A DNA stretch of 64,000 nucleotides from an uncultured bacterium (GCA_963780225.1 CAWAAX010000004.1:64001-128000); one strand, 5' to 3'. Positions 29,264 through 39,796 are shown, numbered from the stretch's first letter. The notes: a model not told the origin generated them from the letters alone. Numbers and translations: made by a program.

Positions 29264-29635
29264 ATGGATGCAAAGCAAATAGAAAAAATCATCTACGAGC
29301 TTGAGAATAAATTACTACAGCCGGAGATCCGCAACTCGCCTGGGGAAGTGGCCAAGATCCTGAGCCAGGAACTGGTGGAGTATTGCAGTTCGGGAGATGT
29401 CTATGTTTACAAAGCCAACGATTGTTTCCCCTGCGGCAACATTGATTTTAAGATATATGACTTTGCAGTTAAAATGCTGAAGGATGATCTGGCGCTGGCC
29501 ACTTTCAAACTGATAAAACATTCCCAGCCGGATGAGAACAAAAAGTATTCCCTGCGCAGTTCCATCTGGCAGTTGATAGACGGGCAATGGAAAATGATTT
29601 TTCACCAGGGGACGCTGACCAGAAAATTTGATTGA
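29264..29635 (+). CDS. DUF4440 (NTF2-like) protein
   Basis: ELE..LL.PEIR, E..SSG, SLRSSIW...GQWKMIFHQGT; GAGGA RBS before ATG 29264. Confidence 0.85.
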   Translation: MDAKQIEKIIYELENKLLQPEIRNSPGEVAKILSQELVEYCSSGDVYVYKANDCFPCGNIDFKIYDFAVKMLKDDLALATFKLIKHSQPDENKKYSLRSSIWQLIDGQWKMIFHQGTLTRKFD

Positions 29636-29669
29636 GGAATTATTTACAGTTTTCAAAGGATGAGGCATC

Positions 29670-29918
29670 ATGGAAAAAGAGAAAAAGCATTGGTTCCTGG
29701 CGCTCGGTTACAGGCTATGGGTGCCCATTTCCTGGGAAGGCTGGGTAGTAATGATCTTTTTTGTGGGCGTACTTCTTTTGATCCGGCAGGTAAACATGGC
29801 CACGTTCGGTAATGGGGCATTTGATTTCTCCAAGCATTGGCCGATGATGCTGGAGCTGGGGGCCACGATCTTTGCGATATATTGGGTGACCCGGGGGCGC
29901 GTGAAGAAAAATAATTAG
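29670..29918 (+). CDS. Small membrane protein
   Basis: KHWF...W.PISWEGW followed by two hydrophobic segments; GAGG RBS. Confidence 0.65.
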   Translation: MEKEKKHWFLALGYRLWVPISWEGWVVMIFFVGVLLLIRQVNMATFGNGAFDFSKHWPMMLELGATIFAIYWVTRGRVKKNN

Positions 29919-29989
29919 AATATACTTACCAAAGAGGACATTGCAAGTATCTTTGATTCCGGTTTCTGCAGACTGTCTAATTAAAAAAT

Positions 29990-30790
29990 ATGATATTCGA
30001 AAAAATAATAAACCAGGACCTGGATTTTCTTGGTTCCTTGCAGCCCGAGGGTTGGGGCGATATAATCCCGGCCTTCAAGTTTTACCTGGAATTTCCGTTC
30101 TGTTTTCCGGTAAAAACAAAGGTCAACGAAAAGATCGCCGGCATTGGCGCGGCCATCATCCTGAAAGACACGGCCTGGCTGGCCCACATCATCGTGAACC
30201 ACGAAAACAGGAAACAGGGCATCGGCGGCGCTATCACCGCTCACTTGCTGGACATCACCCGGGAACAGGGATGCAAAACGGTTTCGTTGATCGCCACCGA
30301 CCTGGGCCGCCCGGTCTACCAAAAAATTGGCTTTACGGACCAGGAGGATTATGTCTTTTACGAAAGGGAAGCCCCGCTGGAAAGCGGGAATCCTTCTGCA
30401 GATATTGCCATTTGCCGGGAGGAACACCGGGCCGGTATACTGGAGTTGGACCGGGCTCTATCCGGTGAGAATCGTGAGCAGTTGTTGGAGCCCAAGCTGG
30501 GGGGGTCCTTTGTGCATCAAAGCAACGGTAAGATAGACGGCTACTATATTCCCGATCTGGGCGAGGGCCTGGTAATGGCCGACAACGAACGGGCCGGGCT
30601 GGATCTTTTAAAGCTGAAACTATCGCGTTCCAACAAGAACGTGCTGCCGGCCGGCAATAGCCGGGGCATGGCCTTCATGCTGGAGAATGGTTTTAAGGAA
30701 ACCAAACTGGCCAAGCGAATGGTCTGGGGCCAAAGGTTTGGTTGGCAGCCGGAAAAAATGTTCGGCCGGATCGCAGGCAACCTGGGATAA
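29990..30790 (+). CDS. GNAT family N-acetyltransferase
   Basis: IIV..ENRKQGIG, ATDLGRPVYQKIGF. Confidence 0.85.
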   Translation: MIFEKIINQDLDFLGSLQPEGWGDIIPAFKFYLEFPFCFPVKTKVNEKIAGIGAAIILKDTAWLAHIIVNHENRKQGIGGAITAHLLDITREQGCKTVSLIATDLGRPVYQKIGFTDQEDYVFYEREAPLESGNPSADIAICREEHRAGILELDRALSGENREQLLEPKLGGSFVHQSNGKIDGYYIPDLGEGLVMADNERAGLDLLKLKLSRSNKNVLPAGNSRGMAFMLENGFKETKLAKRMVWGQRFGWQPEKMFGRIAGNLG

Positions 30791-30841
30791 AAGGATAAGA
30801 TCATAAGCACGTTATCACAATAAACACAAAAATCATTTCCC

Positions 30842-31666
30842 ATGTCCCAACTTTTCCCCATAGGCATCTTCGACTCCGGCTTCGGCGGGCTGACCATCTT
30901 CAAACAGATCCGCCGGCTGCTGCCGCAGTACGACTACATCTACCTGGGCGACAACGCCCGCACCCCTTACGGCAACCGCTCCTTTGAAACGGTCTTGAAA
31001 TTCGCCACCGAAGGGGTGGACTATCTTTTTAAACAGGGCTGTCCCCTGGTGCTGATCGCCTGCAACACAGCGTCGGCCAAGGCCCTGCGCAGCATCCAGC
31101 AGCAGTACCTGCCCAAACACTATCCCGAACGCCGGGTGCTGGGGGTGATAAGGCCCACGGTGGAGGTCATCCACAACTATACCAAGACCAATCAAGTGGC
31201 GCTGTGGGCCACCCAGGGCACGGTCCGCTCCGACAGCTTTGCCATCGAGATCGCCAAGCACGCCCCCGGGGTCAACCTGGTCCAGCAGGCCTGCCCCATG
31301 CTGGTGCCGCTGGTGGAGGCTGGGGAGCTGGAGGGCGAAGGACTGAAATACTACATTCAAAAATACTGGGACCAGACCCGATCCCAAAACCCTAAAATCG
31401 ACACGCTATTACTGGCCTGCACCCATTATCCCCTGATCCTGCCGCAGATCAAGGCGCTGCTTCCTTCGGAGGTCCGGATACTTTCCCAGGATGAATTAGT
31501 GGCGCCGAGTCTCAAAGACTACCTGGCCCGGCACCCGGAGCATGAGTCCAAGGTCTCCAAACACGGGAATTGCCGCTACCTGACCACCGACGCCTGCGAG
31601 CATTTTGACCACCTGGGAGAGATATTCATGGGGCAGAAGATAGCTTCGGAGAAGGTGGACCTCTGA
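30842..31666 (+). CDS. murI: Glutamate racemase
   Basis: IGIFDSGFGGLT, PYG, IACNTAS, LACTHYP. Confidence 0.96.
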   Translation: MSQLFPIGIFDSGFGGLTIFKQIRRLLPQYDYIYLGDNARTPYGNRSFETVLKFATEGVDYLFKQGCPLVLIACNTASAKALRSIQQQYLPKHYPERRVLGVIRPTVEVIHNYTKTNQVALWATQGTVRSDSFAIEIAKHAPGVNLVQQACPMLVPLVEAGELEGEGLKYYIQKYWDQTRSQNPKIDTLLLACTHYPLILPQIKALLPSEVRILSQDELVAPSLKDYLARHPEHESKVSKHGNCRYLTTDACEHFDHLGEIFMGQKIASEKVDL

Positions 31667-31818
31667 GAACTGGGAGTTGAAACGATGGGACTTTACTATC
31701 CGCAGATTAAGCAGATTAAATCAATTCACCACAGAACCCTTTTCACCAGAAGTGTCAATAAGTGTCCAAAAAAGTTTCTGGTAAATGTTGATTATCAATC
31801 AAAAATAGCCAGGCTGAA

Positions 31819-34800
31819 ATGAAACTATTTAATTTCAACTCAACATCCGAACCCGTCTATCAAATGCTGGAGTCAGCCAGTGACCGGTGGAAGCCGTCTG
31901 ACGACCTGCTTGACGTGCTTAAGAAGATAGACGAGTTCCTGAAGATCCTGCCGGAACTATCGGGGAACATCAGCGCCCTGGCCGCCGAGGAGAAGGGGCA
32001 TCTGGCCAATATCCATGGTTTCGGGACGGCCCTGGCCGAGGCCTTTGAGGGGATGGATGCCATTGCCAATTCCTCGTCCCTGGTGACTGGGAACAGTCAG
32101 GAATACAAACAGGTGATCGCCCGGGCCGAGCAGCAGTTGAAAGGCGCTTTGGATTCCTTTGAAATGGTGGACCAGAGTTATCAGCGGTCGGCGGTGGAGC
32201 TCGAGGATCTGTTTACCACCACGGCCGAGCTGGAAAAACTGGCCGGTCTGATGGCCGGGCTGTCAGTCAAGATAAAACAATTAGTGCGCAATGCCGAGAT
32301 CCGGGCCTTCCATGCCGGCAGCAAGGGAAAAGGATTCGGAGTGATCGCCGAGAACATGAGCCGGTTGGCCGGGGAGATGGAGAACACGGCCTCCCTGGTC
32401 CCCAACTTGACGGCGGGAGTCAAAAACAAGATCCAACAGATGACCTCCGGGGTGCTGGAATCCCGGCACCTGGTGGATGGGCTGAAATCCCAGGCCGAAC
32501 AGGTTAAGGACAAACTCAATTCCCTGTACCAGTCCAATCAGGAAATGGTGGAGGACTTTGACCGGATAGGCCTGATGGTCAAAGAACAGCGGGAGTTGGA
32601 GAATAAATTAGTGGGGGGATTGAAAAACATTACCCAGAGTGCCGAGGGACTGTCGGTCTCTCAGGAAGTGTCGGCCCTGGTGCTCTCAACCGAAACCGGC
32701 GAAATGGGACAGGTGGAGTTTTCCAAAAACCAGATGGACGAAGCCTTAGGCTTATGGGAAACTGCCGGCAACCCGGCCGCCCTCCACGAGGCCCGGAACA
32801 ACTGGATAATGCTTAAGGCCAAACTGCAGGTGGCCTCCGAACGTTGGCGTGACCTGCAGTCCACCATCGACGAGCAGAAAACGGCGCTGGAGGCCGAGGA
32901 AGAGCTGGCCGGGACCCTATGGCAAAATCTGGAGGCTTTGTTCGAAAATATCAACCGTATCAAGTCCAGCCTGGATGGGATGGGCAAAACCATCGGCCGC
33001 AATCGCCAGGATTTTGACGAAATGAACAGCGGGCTTACCAAATCATTTGATGATCTGGCCCGGGTAAAGACCTGGCTGGATGAGTTTGAGGCGGACCGGG
33101 AAGGGATGGAAGGTAAATTAGGGGAGATATCCCAGATCGGCACGGCCATCAAGGATTTTACCGAACAGATAAAACTGCTTTCATTTTACGCCGCGGTGGA
33201 AGTGGCCGAGATGGGCCAGGGCGAAGGAGATTTCGGGGGAATTGTAGCCCAGGCCCAGTCCCTTTCCCAGCAGGCGGCCGCCGACTCGGCCAGGATAGAT
33301 CCTCTTTTAAAGCAGGTCACCGGGCAGTTCATCCAGACCAGCGGAACCATCCGGCAGACACAGAAGATCATGGTTACCAGCCTGGAATCAATATCCCAGG
33401 CCAAGAAATCCCTGGACCTCACCCGGGAATCGGGAGGAGGGCTGGAGCAGATAGTGGCCGGGGCCGGATCGGGCATCGACCGCCAGCAATCGCTCCACCA
33501 GGACATTTTCCGCCGCTATAGTCAGTACAGCCAGAGCTACACGGAAGTGGCGGCCAAGCTGCAGGGTTTCTCGGGATTTTTGCTGAAAGGCCGGGAAGCT
33601 CTGGCTTGGTTCGAACGAATGGGTTCATTGGGCCGGGCGGAAATTGAATCGGCCGGGTTGAAAAATTACATCGGTGGCCAAATGAAGGTGGACATCAATT
33701 CCGATCCCATCACCCTGGACCCGGTGATGATGACCGATGCTACCTCCAACAAAATAGCGGCTCAGATATTTGAAGGCCTGGTCCAGTTCGGCGGCGGAGC
33801 CAGCGTGATCCCGTCCATCGCCTGGCGCTGGAAGATCTCTCCGGACGGATTAAGCTGGACATTTTATCTCCACCGGGGAATAAAATTCAGCCATGGGCGG
33901 GAACTGATTGCTTCGGACGTGAAATATTCCCTGGAGAGGCTCCTAAGCCCCAAGATAAAATCGCCCAACCAGGCTTTTGTGGAGATGATTAAAGGCTCCT
34001 CCGAATACAGCCAGGGCAAAGCCAAAGAGGTGGCTGGGCTGCAGGTCATAGATCAGTATGCCATTAAAATCGTGCTTCAGTTTCCCTTTATGCCATTCCT
34101 CTCCAATCTGGCCTGCACCATGGCCGCCATCGTTCCCCGGGAATTGGTGGAGGATGGCGCCCAGGATTTCTCCCGCCATCCGGTGGGCTCGGGACCGTTC
34201 ACCTTAAAATCCTGGGAACCTGGAAAGGTGCTGGAGCTGGAGCCCAATCCCCATTACCACGAGCGCCGGATATCGCTGTCCGGTATAAAATATTCCATCG
34301 ACCTGAATGACAGCCAGAAAGCGGAGGCCCTGGCTTCGGGCCGGCTGGATATCACCGACGTCAACAGCCTGCAGCGCCGGGCACTTTCCCCGGACCGCAG
34401 CCTGAAGGTGATAACCCTGCCCCTGCTTGATGTGCAGTATCTTTGCATCAATGTTTCCAGGGTTTCGCCCTTTGCCGATTTAAGGGTGCGCCAGGCCCTG
34501 AACTACGCCATCGACAAGAAAGCGCTGATCGAAACCACCGAGCTGGCGGGGGATGCGGTGGCGGCCAAAGGAGTTTTCCCCCCGGAACTCTGGGCCTACA
34601 ATCCCAACTTGGCCGGGTACATCTATAATCCCGACCGGGCCAAAAAACTTTTAGCCGAAGCCGGCTACTCCGGAGGCCTGCCCGGGGAATACCTGCTGGA
34701 TATCCGGGACAGCAAGGCTCAAATACAAAGGGCCGAGATCGTCAGCCAAAACTGCAGAGAAGTGGGCATCAACATCAAGATCAATTCGCTAAGCTGGAAA

Positions 34801-35166
34801 ACCCTGCTGGAAAAAACCTACAGCTGCCAGTCTCAATTGTCGTTCAACGGCTGGTCCTCGGATAACGGCGATCCCGATAATTTCCTATATCCCCTGTTCC
34901 ATTCCAAGAACACCGGCCGGGCCGGTAATGTGGCCTTCTTCAAGTCACCGGCCATAGATGAAATGCTGGACGATGCTGTTACCATCCGCGACCCCGGCCA
35001 ACGTTTGCTGCGCTACCGCAAGATTGAGGAGATGATCGTGCAGGAGGCCCCCTGGGTGTTCATGTATCACACGGTAAAATCCACGGCGGTCAGAAATACC
35101 GTTCACGGATTCCGGCCCCGGCCCTTCGGCTCCGAGCTGTATAAACACTGCTGGATGGAGAACTAA
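31819..35166 (+). CDS. Soluble fusion of two degenerate methyl-accepting chemotaxis signalling domains and a family-5 solute-binding (Opp/Dpp-like) domain
   Basis: Tip motifs NAEIRAFHAGSKGKGFGVIAENMSRLA and IKLLSFYAAVEVAEMG...FGGIV; C-terminal TLDP...IFEGLV...WTFYL..GIKF...PVGSGPF...RVRQALNYAID; no signal peptide or TM segment visible. Confidence 0.8.
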   Translation: MKLFNFNSTSEPVYQMLESASDRWKPSDDLLDVLKKIDEFLKILPELSGNISALAAEEKGHLANIHGFGTALAEAFEGMDAIANSSSLVTGNSQEYKQVIARAEQQLKGALDSFEMVDQSYQRSAVELEDLFTTTAELEKLAGLMAGLSVKIKQLVRNAEIRAFHAGSKGKGFGVIAENMSRLAGEMENTASLVPNLTAGVKNKIQQMTSGVLESRHLVDGLKSQAEQVKDKLNSLYQSNQEMVEDFDRIGLMVKEQRELENKLVGGLKNITQSAEGLSVSQEVSALVLSTETGEMGQVEFSKNQMDEALGLWETAGNPAALHEARNNWIMLKAKLQVASERWRDLQSTIDEQKTALEAEEELAGTLWQNLEALFENINRIKSSLDGMGKTIGRNRQDFDEMNSGLTKSFDDLARVKTWLDEFEADREGMEGKLGEISQIGTAIKDFTEQIKLLSFYAAVEVAEMGQGEGDFGGIVAQAQSLSQQAAADSARIDPLLKQVTGQFIQTSGTIRQTQKIMVTSLESISQAKKSLDLTRESGGGLEQIVAGAGSGIDRQQSLHQDIFRRYSQYSQSYTEVAAKLQGFSGFLLKGREALAWFERMGSLGRAEIESAGLKNYIGGQMKVDINSDPITLDPVMMTDATSNKIAAQIFEGLVQFGGGASVIPSIAWRWKISPDGLSWTFYLHRGIKFSHGRELIASDVKYSLERLLSPKIKSPNQAFVEMIKGSSEYSQGKAKEVAGLQVIDQYAIKIVLQFPFMPFLSNLACTMAAIVPRELVEDGAQDFSRHPVGSGPFTLKSWEPGKVLELEPNPHYHERRISLSGIKYSIDLNDSQKAEALASGRLDITDVNSLQRRALSPDRSLKVITLPLLDVQYLCINVSRVSPFADLRVRQALNYAIDKKALIETTELAGDAVAAKGVFPPELWAYNPNLAGYIYNPDRAKKLLAEAGYSGGLPGEYLLDIRDSKAQIQRAEIVSQNCREVGINIKINSLSWKTLLEKTYSCQSQLSFNGWSSDNGDPDNFLYPLFHSKNTGRAGNVAFFKSPAIDEMLDDAVTIRDPGQRLLRYRKIEEMIVQEAPWVFMYHTVKSTAVRNTVHGFRPRPFGSELYKHCWMEN

Positions 35167-35179
35167 AGACAACGTACAT

Positions 35180-35226
35180 TAATTTTCAAAATGTAAATTG
35201 TAAATTGCAAATCGTAAATTGAATTG
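35180..35226. repeat. Degenerate heptamer tract
   Basis: AAATGTA AATTGTA AATTGCA AATCGTA AATTGAA. Confidence 0.75.
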
Positions 35227-35231
35227 TTTAC

Positions 35232-36212
35232 ATGCCGGATGAACTTAAGATAATAACCGTAACCGTTTCCTCCGCCCAAAGCCGGGTGCGGCTGGACCGG
35301 TACCTAAGCTGCCAGGGAATGAACTATTCCCGCAATCAGCTGCAGAAGTTCATTGAATCCGGGCGGGTGCTGGTGGACGGAAAACTTAAACCCCCCGGCT
35401 ATCTGGTGAAACCCGGCGACGAGATCGAGATCAAAAAGGACCAGCTGGCCGCCCCCCGGCGGGAGGTGCTGGCTGAGGATATCCCCCTGGACGTGGTATA
35501 CGAGGACCAGGACCTGATGGTGATCAACAAGCCGGCCGGGATGGTGGTCCACCCGGCGGCCGGCAACCGCCAGGGGACCATGGTCAACGCCCTTCTTTTC
35601 CATGCCCAAAACCTTTCCCAGGTGGGGGGGCGGGAGCGGCCCGGCATAGTGCACCGGCTGGACAAAGAGACCTCAGGTCTGTTATTGGTGGCCAAAACCG
35701 ACCAGGCCCATACCCTGCTGGCCCGCCAGTTGGAGGCCCGCAAAATAGTTCGCCGCTACCGGGCGGTGGTCTGGGGAGTTTTTGGGGAACCCCAGGGCAT
35801 TATTTCGGCTCCAATAGGAAGATCGGCCTTCGACCGAAAAAAAATGGACGTCACACGCTTAAGGGGCCGGCAGGCGGTCACCCATTACAAGGTTTTAAAG
35901 GAATACCAGATCGCCTCGCTGGTGGAGCTGAAACTGGAGACCGGCCGCACCCACCAGATAAGGGTGCATCTGCAGCATTTGGAGCATCCGGTGCTGGGGG
36001 ACCCGGATTACGGAGGCCGTTCCAGGTCACTGTTCTCCCAGTTCGCCTCCGCCGATCCAAAACTGGCCCAGGAACTGCTGGAGGTCATTGACCGCCAGGC
36101 ACTGCACGCAGCCGTGCTGGGGTTCGTTCATCCCTCCACCGGCAAATACCTGGAGTTCAAGGCTCCGCTACCCGGGGATATGGAGGAGGTTTTAAGGCTG
36201 CTGGAACGCTGA
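35232..36212 (+). CDS. rluD: RluA-family pseudouridine synthase with S4 domain
   Basis: RLDRYL, NKPAGMVVHP, IVHRLDKETSG, TGRTHQIRVH, RQALHA. Confidence 0.93.
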   Translation: MPDELKIITVTVSSAQSRVRLDRYLSCQGMNYSRNQLQKFIESGRVLVDGKLKPPGYLVKPGDEIEIKKDQLAAPRREVLAEDIPLDVVYEDQDLMVINKPAGMVVHPAAGNRQGTMVNALLFHAQNLSQVGGRERPGIVHRLDKETSGLLLVAKTDQAHTLLARQLEARKIVRRYRAVVWGVFGEPQGIISAPIGRSAFDRKKMDVTRLRGRQAVTHYKVLKEYQIASLVELKLETGRTHQIRVHLQHLEHPVLGDPDYGGRSRSLFSQFASADPKLAQELLEVIDRQALHAAVLGFVHPSTGKYLEFKAPLPGDMEEVLRLLER

Positions 36213-36296
36213 TGGTTAAAAGGTTTCTCCTATGACAGCTTTCACCTGGTATTACTTGAATGATCGTAAATAGCATCTGTCCAAACCGGTTAACAC

Positions 36297-36326
36297 TTGA
36301 CAAATAGTTACCAATCCTGTTATATT
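36297..36326 (+). promoter_or_regulatory. sigma70 promoter
   Basis: TTGACA-18 nt-TATATT with TG extension; GGAGG RBS downstream. Confidence 0.6.
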
Positions 36327-36373
36327 TAACATTTAAGGCATTTTGAAAACCCTAAAATTTTGGAGGCTTAAAA

Positions 36374-38365
36374 ATGAGGATCAACAGATTATTAGTCTTA
36401 TTTCTGATAATGCTGGCCGGGGCCGGGCTGGCTCAGGCTTATCGTCCCCCGGCCTTTGACGGCGGCTGCGGATTGTTCAAGGTCTCCTCGGCCCGGACCA
36501 TGGGCAAAGGGATGATGTCGGTGGGTTTTCTGCAGTCCGACTTCACCGGAATGGACATGATAAAAGGAAATCCCTTTTATCAGGGCGACACCACCACCAA
36601 GAACGGCGAGCCGGACAAGCATTACCGGGGCATGCTTAGGCTGATGATAACCTATGCCCCGCTGGACTTCTTTGAGTTTTCTATGGGTCCCAGGATCTAC
36701 GCCACGTACGACCGGCATTCCAACGTAGAGGGCCGTTACGACGGACTCAATTACGACCTGGCTTTGTTCTGGGTGCAGGATGTGCTGATCAAGACCAAAT
36801 TTAGTTATTCTTCAAAGGAATACGGCGGAGCGCCTTTCTCCTACGCAGTAGGCGCGGAGCCGTTCGTTTCGATAGGGCTTCCGGTAACAGCGGCCTACAT
36901 GTACACAGACAACACCGCGGCCCCCGAGTATCCGGATTCTAACCTGGTGGCCCACGGCTTTACCGAACTTGTCGCCCACAACCCGGATTTCGGTGCCAAA
37001 CTTTTGGGTACACTGACATTGGGCCCGGCCTCATTGCATGGCAACCTGGGTTTTTTAAAGCCCGGCAATGCCAAACCGGGATATGTCATCAATTATGACA
37101 CCTTGGTCTTAGCCAACCCCGATACCAGTATTACTAATAATAGCGCCCTATATGATACAACTGATCCCGCCAGCTGGGTTAACCCGGCCGAACCTGGCAC
37201 CGTGACCCGGGAAAATCAGGTCTTGTGGGGAGCGGGGATTGAAGTGGCCGCTGGTCCCTATGTCACGTTCTTAGTTGAAGCTTCGGGGGAAAAGGCCAAA
37301 AGCCAGACCTTTACCTGGGGCAGTCCCTCGCGCATTACTCCCGGCATCCGCTTTAACACCCCCGGCGGTTTTACCATGGACGGCGGCTGCGAATTCAAAC
37401 TTTTCAATGGCTCCACCTCGCCCAACTGGAATGCGGTATTCGGGTTCTCGGTTACCTCGGGTACCATCAAGAAGTTCACGCCTCCTCCGGTTACCGCCAT
37501 TGCCGGAAAGGTAATGATCGCCGGCACCGATTCCATGCTTGATGCCACGCTGACTTCGCCCGCCATCAACAATGGTGCGCCTATCATGCTGAAACCGGAC
37601 GGCAGTTATTCCATCAACGTGCCAGCCGGAACTTACCGGGTCCGGGCCACGGCCGGAGATTCTTTCCTGTGGCAGGAAAAGGCGGTGACCATCACCGCCG
37701 GCCAGACCATGATAGTGGATTTCGGACTGCGGCGCAAGGAATTCCCCAAGGGCAACATCACCGGCAAGATTGTAGACAGCAAGACCGGTAACGCCATGGG
37801 GGCCACCATCAGTGTCTTTGGACCCGACAAGGTAATGGTAGGAACTCCGGCGGTCAGCGACCTGCTGAACGGAATATTCTCCATTAACCTGCCCCCCAAT
37901 ATCTACATGGTGCAGGTCCAGGCCGACGGATACAACACCGAGACCGCACCGGTGCCGGTCAATGACAAGCAGACCTTCATTCAGAATTTTTCGCTTAGGG
38001 CCATTCCCAAGAAGGGCGAGAAAGTGGTCTTGAACGGCATCAAGTTCAAGACCAACCGGGCCGACATCATTCCGTCCTCCTACAGCATCCTGGACGAAGC
38101 CGCCAAGATGCTGAAGAACAACCCCACCATCAAGGTGGAGATCGGCGGCCATACCGACAGCCGGGGCAGCGACGCCAAGAACCAGAGGCTGTCCGAGGCC
38201 CGGGCGGTGTCGGTGCGCAATTACCTGATCAACAACCAGGGCATTTCCGGGGACCGGCTGACCGCCAAAGGCTACGGGGAATCACTGCCCATAGCCAGCA
38301 ACAAGACGGTCAAGGGCCGGGCGGAGAACCGGAGGATAGAGTTCGTGGTAATGAGCCAGCAGTGA
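36374..38365 (+). CDS. OmpA-family outer membrane protein (N-terminal barrel-like region, two carboxypeptidase-regulatory-like beta domains, OmpA C-terminal domain)
   Basis: Signal peptide ending AQA; GHTDSRGS...NQRLSEARA...GYGE..PIA.N...NRRIE. Confidence 0.9.
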   Translation: MRINRLLVLFLIMLAGAGLAQAYRPPAFDGGCGLFKVSSARTMGKGMMSVGFLQSDFTGMDMIKGNPFYQGDTTTKNGEPDKHYRGMLRLMITYAPLDFFEFSMGPRIYATYDRHSNVEGRYDGLNYDLALFWVQDVLIKTKFSYSSKEYGGAPFSYAVGAEPFVSIGLPVTAAYMYTDNTAAPEYPDSNLVAHGFTELVAHNPDFGAKLLGTLTLGPASLHGNLGFLKPGNAKPGYVINYDTLVLANPDTSITNNSALYDTTDPASWVNPAEPGTVTRENQVLWGAGIEVAAGPYVTFLVEASGEKAKSQTFTWGSPSRITPGIRFNTPGGFTMDGGCEFKLFNGSTSPNWNAVFGFSVTSGTIKKFTPPPVTAIAGKVMIAGTDSMLDATLTSPAINNGAPIMLKPDGSYSINVPAGTYRVRATAGDSFLWQEKAVTITAGQTMIVDFGLRRKEFPKGNITGKIVDSKTGNAMGATISVFGPDKVMVGTPAVSDLLNGIFSINLPPNIYMVQVQADGYNTETAPVPVNDKQTFIQNFSLRAIPKKGEKVVLNGIKFKTNRADIIPSSYSILDEAAKMLKNNPTIKVEIGGHTDSRGSDAKNQRLSEARAVSVRNYLINNQGISGDRLTAKGYGESLPIASNKTVKGRAENRRIEFVVMSQQ

Positions 38366-38427
38366 TCGGGGTCCACCGATTACTCCACAGAGACACAAAG
38401 GCACAGAGAGTATAAACATTTCTCTGG

Positions 38428-38466
38428 AAAAAGCGGCGCTTACAAAGTTAAGCGCCGCTTTTTTGT
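38428..38466 (+). terminator. Intrinsic terminator
   Basis: AAAAAGCGGCGCTT-loop-AAGCGCCGCTTTTTT. Confidence 0.85.
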
Positions 38467-38542
38467 TTGACAATCGCACTGTTTTTGCGGTATCATTAAA
38501 GGTTATAAAGGGTAATTCCAACAATTTACAGGGTTTCCGCTG

Positions 38543-39796
38543 ATGAAACAAATAGCTTTTTTCGAGGACGAGGGCTATAAAGGCCTCTATCCCCTGACCT
38601 GTCTGCGGCCCGTCTGGGGTATGCTTTTGGGAGGCTATTGCCTGAGGCATTCCTTACTCTTAAGGCTGGGCGCCAAGAAGGCTTATTATTGGGCCCTGCC
38701 CGAGCGTCAGGAGGTGCTGAAGGCCGCCGGACTGGAAGGCCAGGAGATCATTCAGGCCGGGCTTCCCCTGTTCCTGATCAACGGCCGGGCCAGGCTTACT
38801 GCCCGGACCGTGAACTGGCTGGCCAAGGCCGAGACAGACACAGTGATTCTCTCCGGCCGGACGGTGGAGGCCTTCAAGATATTCGATAAAAATCTTTTGG
38901 AACTGGTAAAGAATAGTCAGCCCACTGAAGGCTTCATAAATTCCCTGGTACCCAAAATGCGAAGTTTTGAGACCAAGGATGAGATATTCAGCCATCTGTG
39001 GGAACTGGTCAATTACAACAGCCGGGCTATTGCCGAAGACTTTGAACTTTTCAAGGACGGCGGGGTCAAGCTGACCAAAGGAGTTCACCTGATCGGCAAG
39101 CGCAAGGACGTCAAGATCGGCAAGGGGGCGCAGATCCTGCCGGGGGTGGTGTTGGACGCGACGTTAGGTCCCATCATCATCGACCAGAAAGCTAAGGTAA
39201 ATCCGCCCAGCTACATTCAGGGGCCCTGCTTTATCGGGGCGGAATCATTGATAGACGGGACCAGGCTCCGGCCCGGAGTTTCCATCGGTCACCACTGCAA
39301 GATAGCGGGCGAGCTGGAAGAATCGGTCATCATGCACTATAGCAACAAGCATCACGACGGCTTTCTGGGCCACGCCTATCTCGGTTCCTGGGTCAACCTG
39401 GGGGCCCAGACCTGCAACTCCGACCTCAAGAACAATTACGGCAGCATCACGGTCTGGGCCGACGGTAAATTTGTGGATTCCAAGCAGATCAAGGCCGGCT
39501 GCTACATCGGCGACCACAGCAAGACCGCCATCGGCACCCTGATCAATACCGGGGCGGTGATCGGGACGGCCTGCAACGTCTTCGGCGGCCCGGTCAAAAA
39601 ATACCTGCCGCCCTTCAGCTGGGGGTGCAGTGAAAAGCATTGGGAACACCAGCTGGACAAGGCCCTGGCCACCGCCCGGACGGTGATGGGCCGCCGGGGG
39701 CAGCAGCTTGACAGCTGGCAGGAAAAATTGCTGGGGAAAATATTCACCGAGTCCAAGCCCGACCGGGATAAATTATCGGTGGAGCATAGCAAATGA
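38543..39796 (+). CDS. GlmU-related putative sugar nucleotidyl/acyl transferase with hexapeptide repeats
   Basis: LYPLT..RPV, INGR, GPIII, NKHHDGFLGHAYLGSWVNLGA.T.NSDLKNNY. Confidence 0.85.
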   Translation: MKQIAFFEDEGYKGLYPLTCLRPVWGMLLGGYCLRHSLLLRLGAKKAYYWALPERQEVLKAAGLEGQEIIQAGLPLFLINGRARLTARTVNWLAKAETDTVILSGRTVEAFKIFDKNLLELVKNSQPTEGFINSLVPKMRSFETKDEIFSHLWELVNYNSRAIAEDFELFKDGGVKLTKGVHLIGKRKDVKIGKGAQILPGVVLDATLGPIIIDQKAKVNPPSYIQGPCFIGAESLIDGTRLRPGVSIGHHCKIAGELEESVIMHYSNKHHDGFLGHAYLGSWVNLGAQTCNSDLKNNYGSITVWADGKFVDSKQIKAGCYIGDHSKTAIGTLINTGAVIGTACNVFGGPVKKYLPPFSWGCSEKHWEHQLDKALATARTVMGRRGQQLDSWQEKLLGKIFTESKPDRDKLSVEHSK

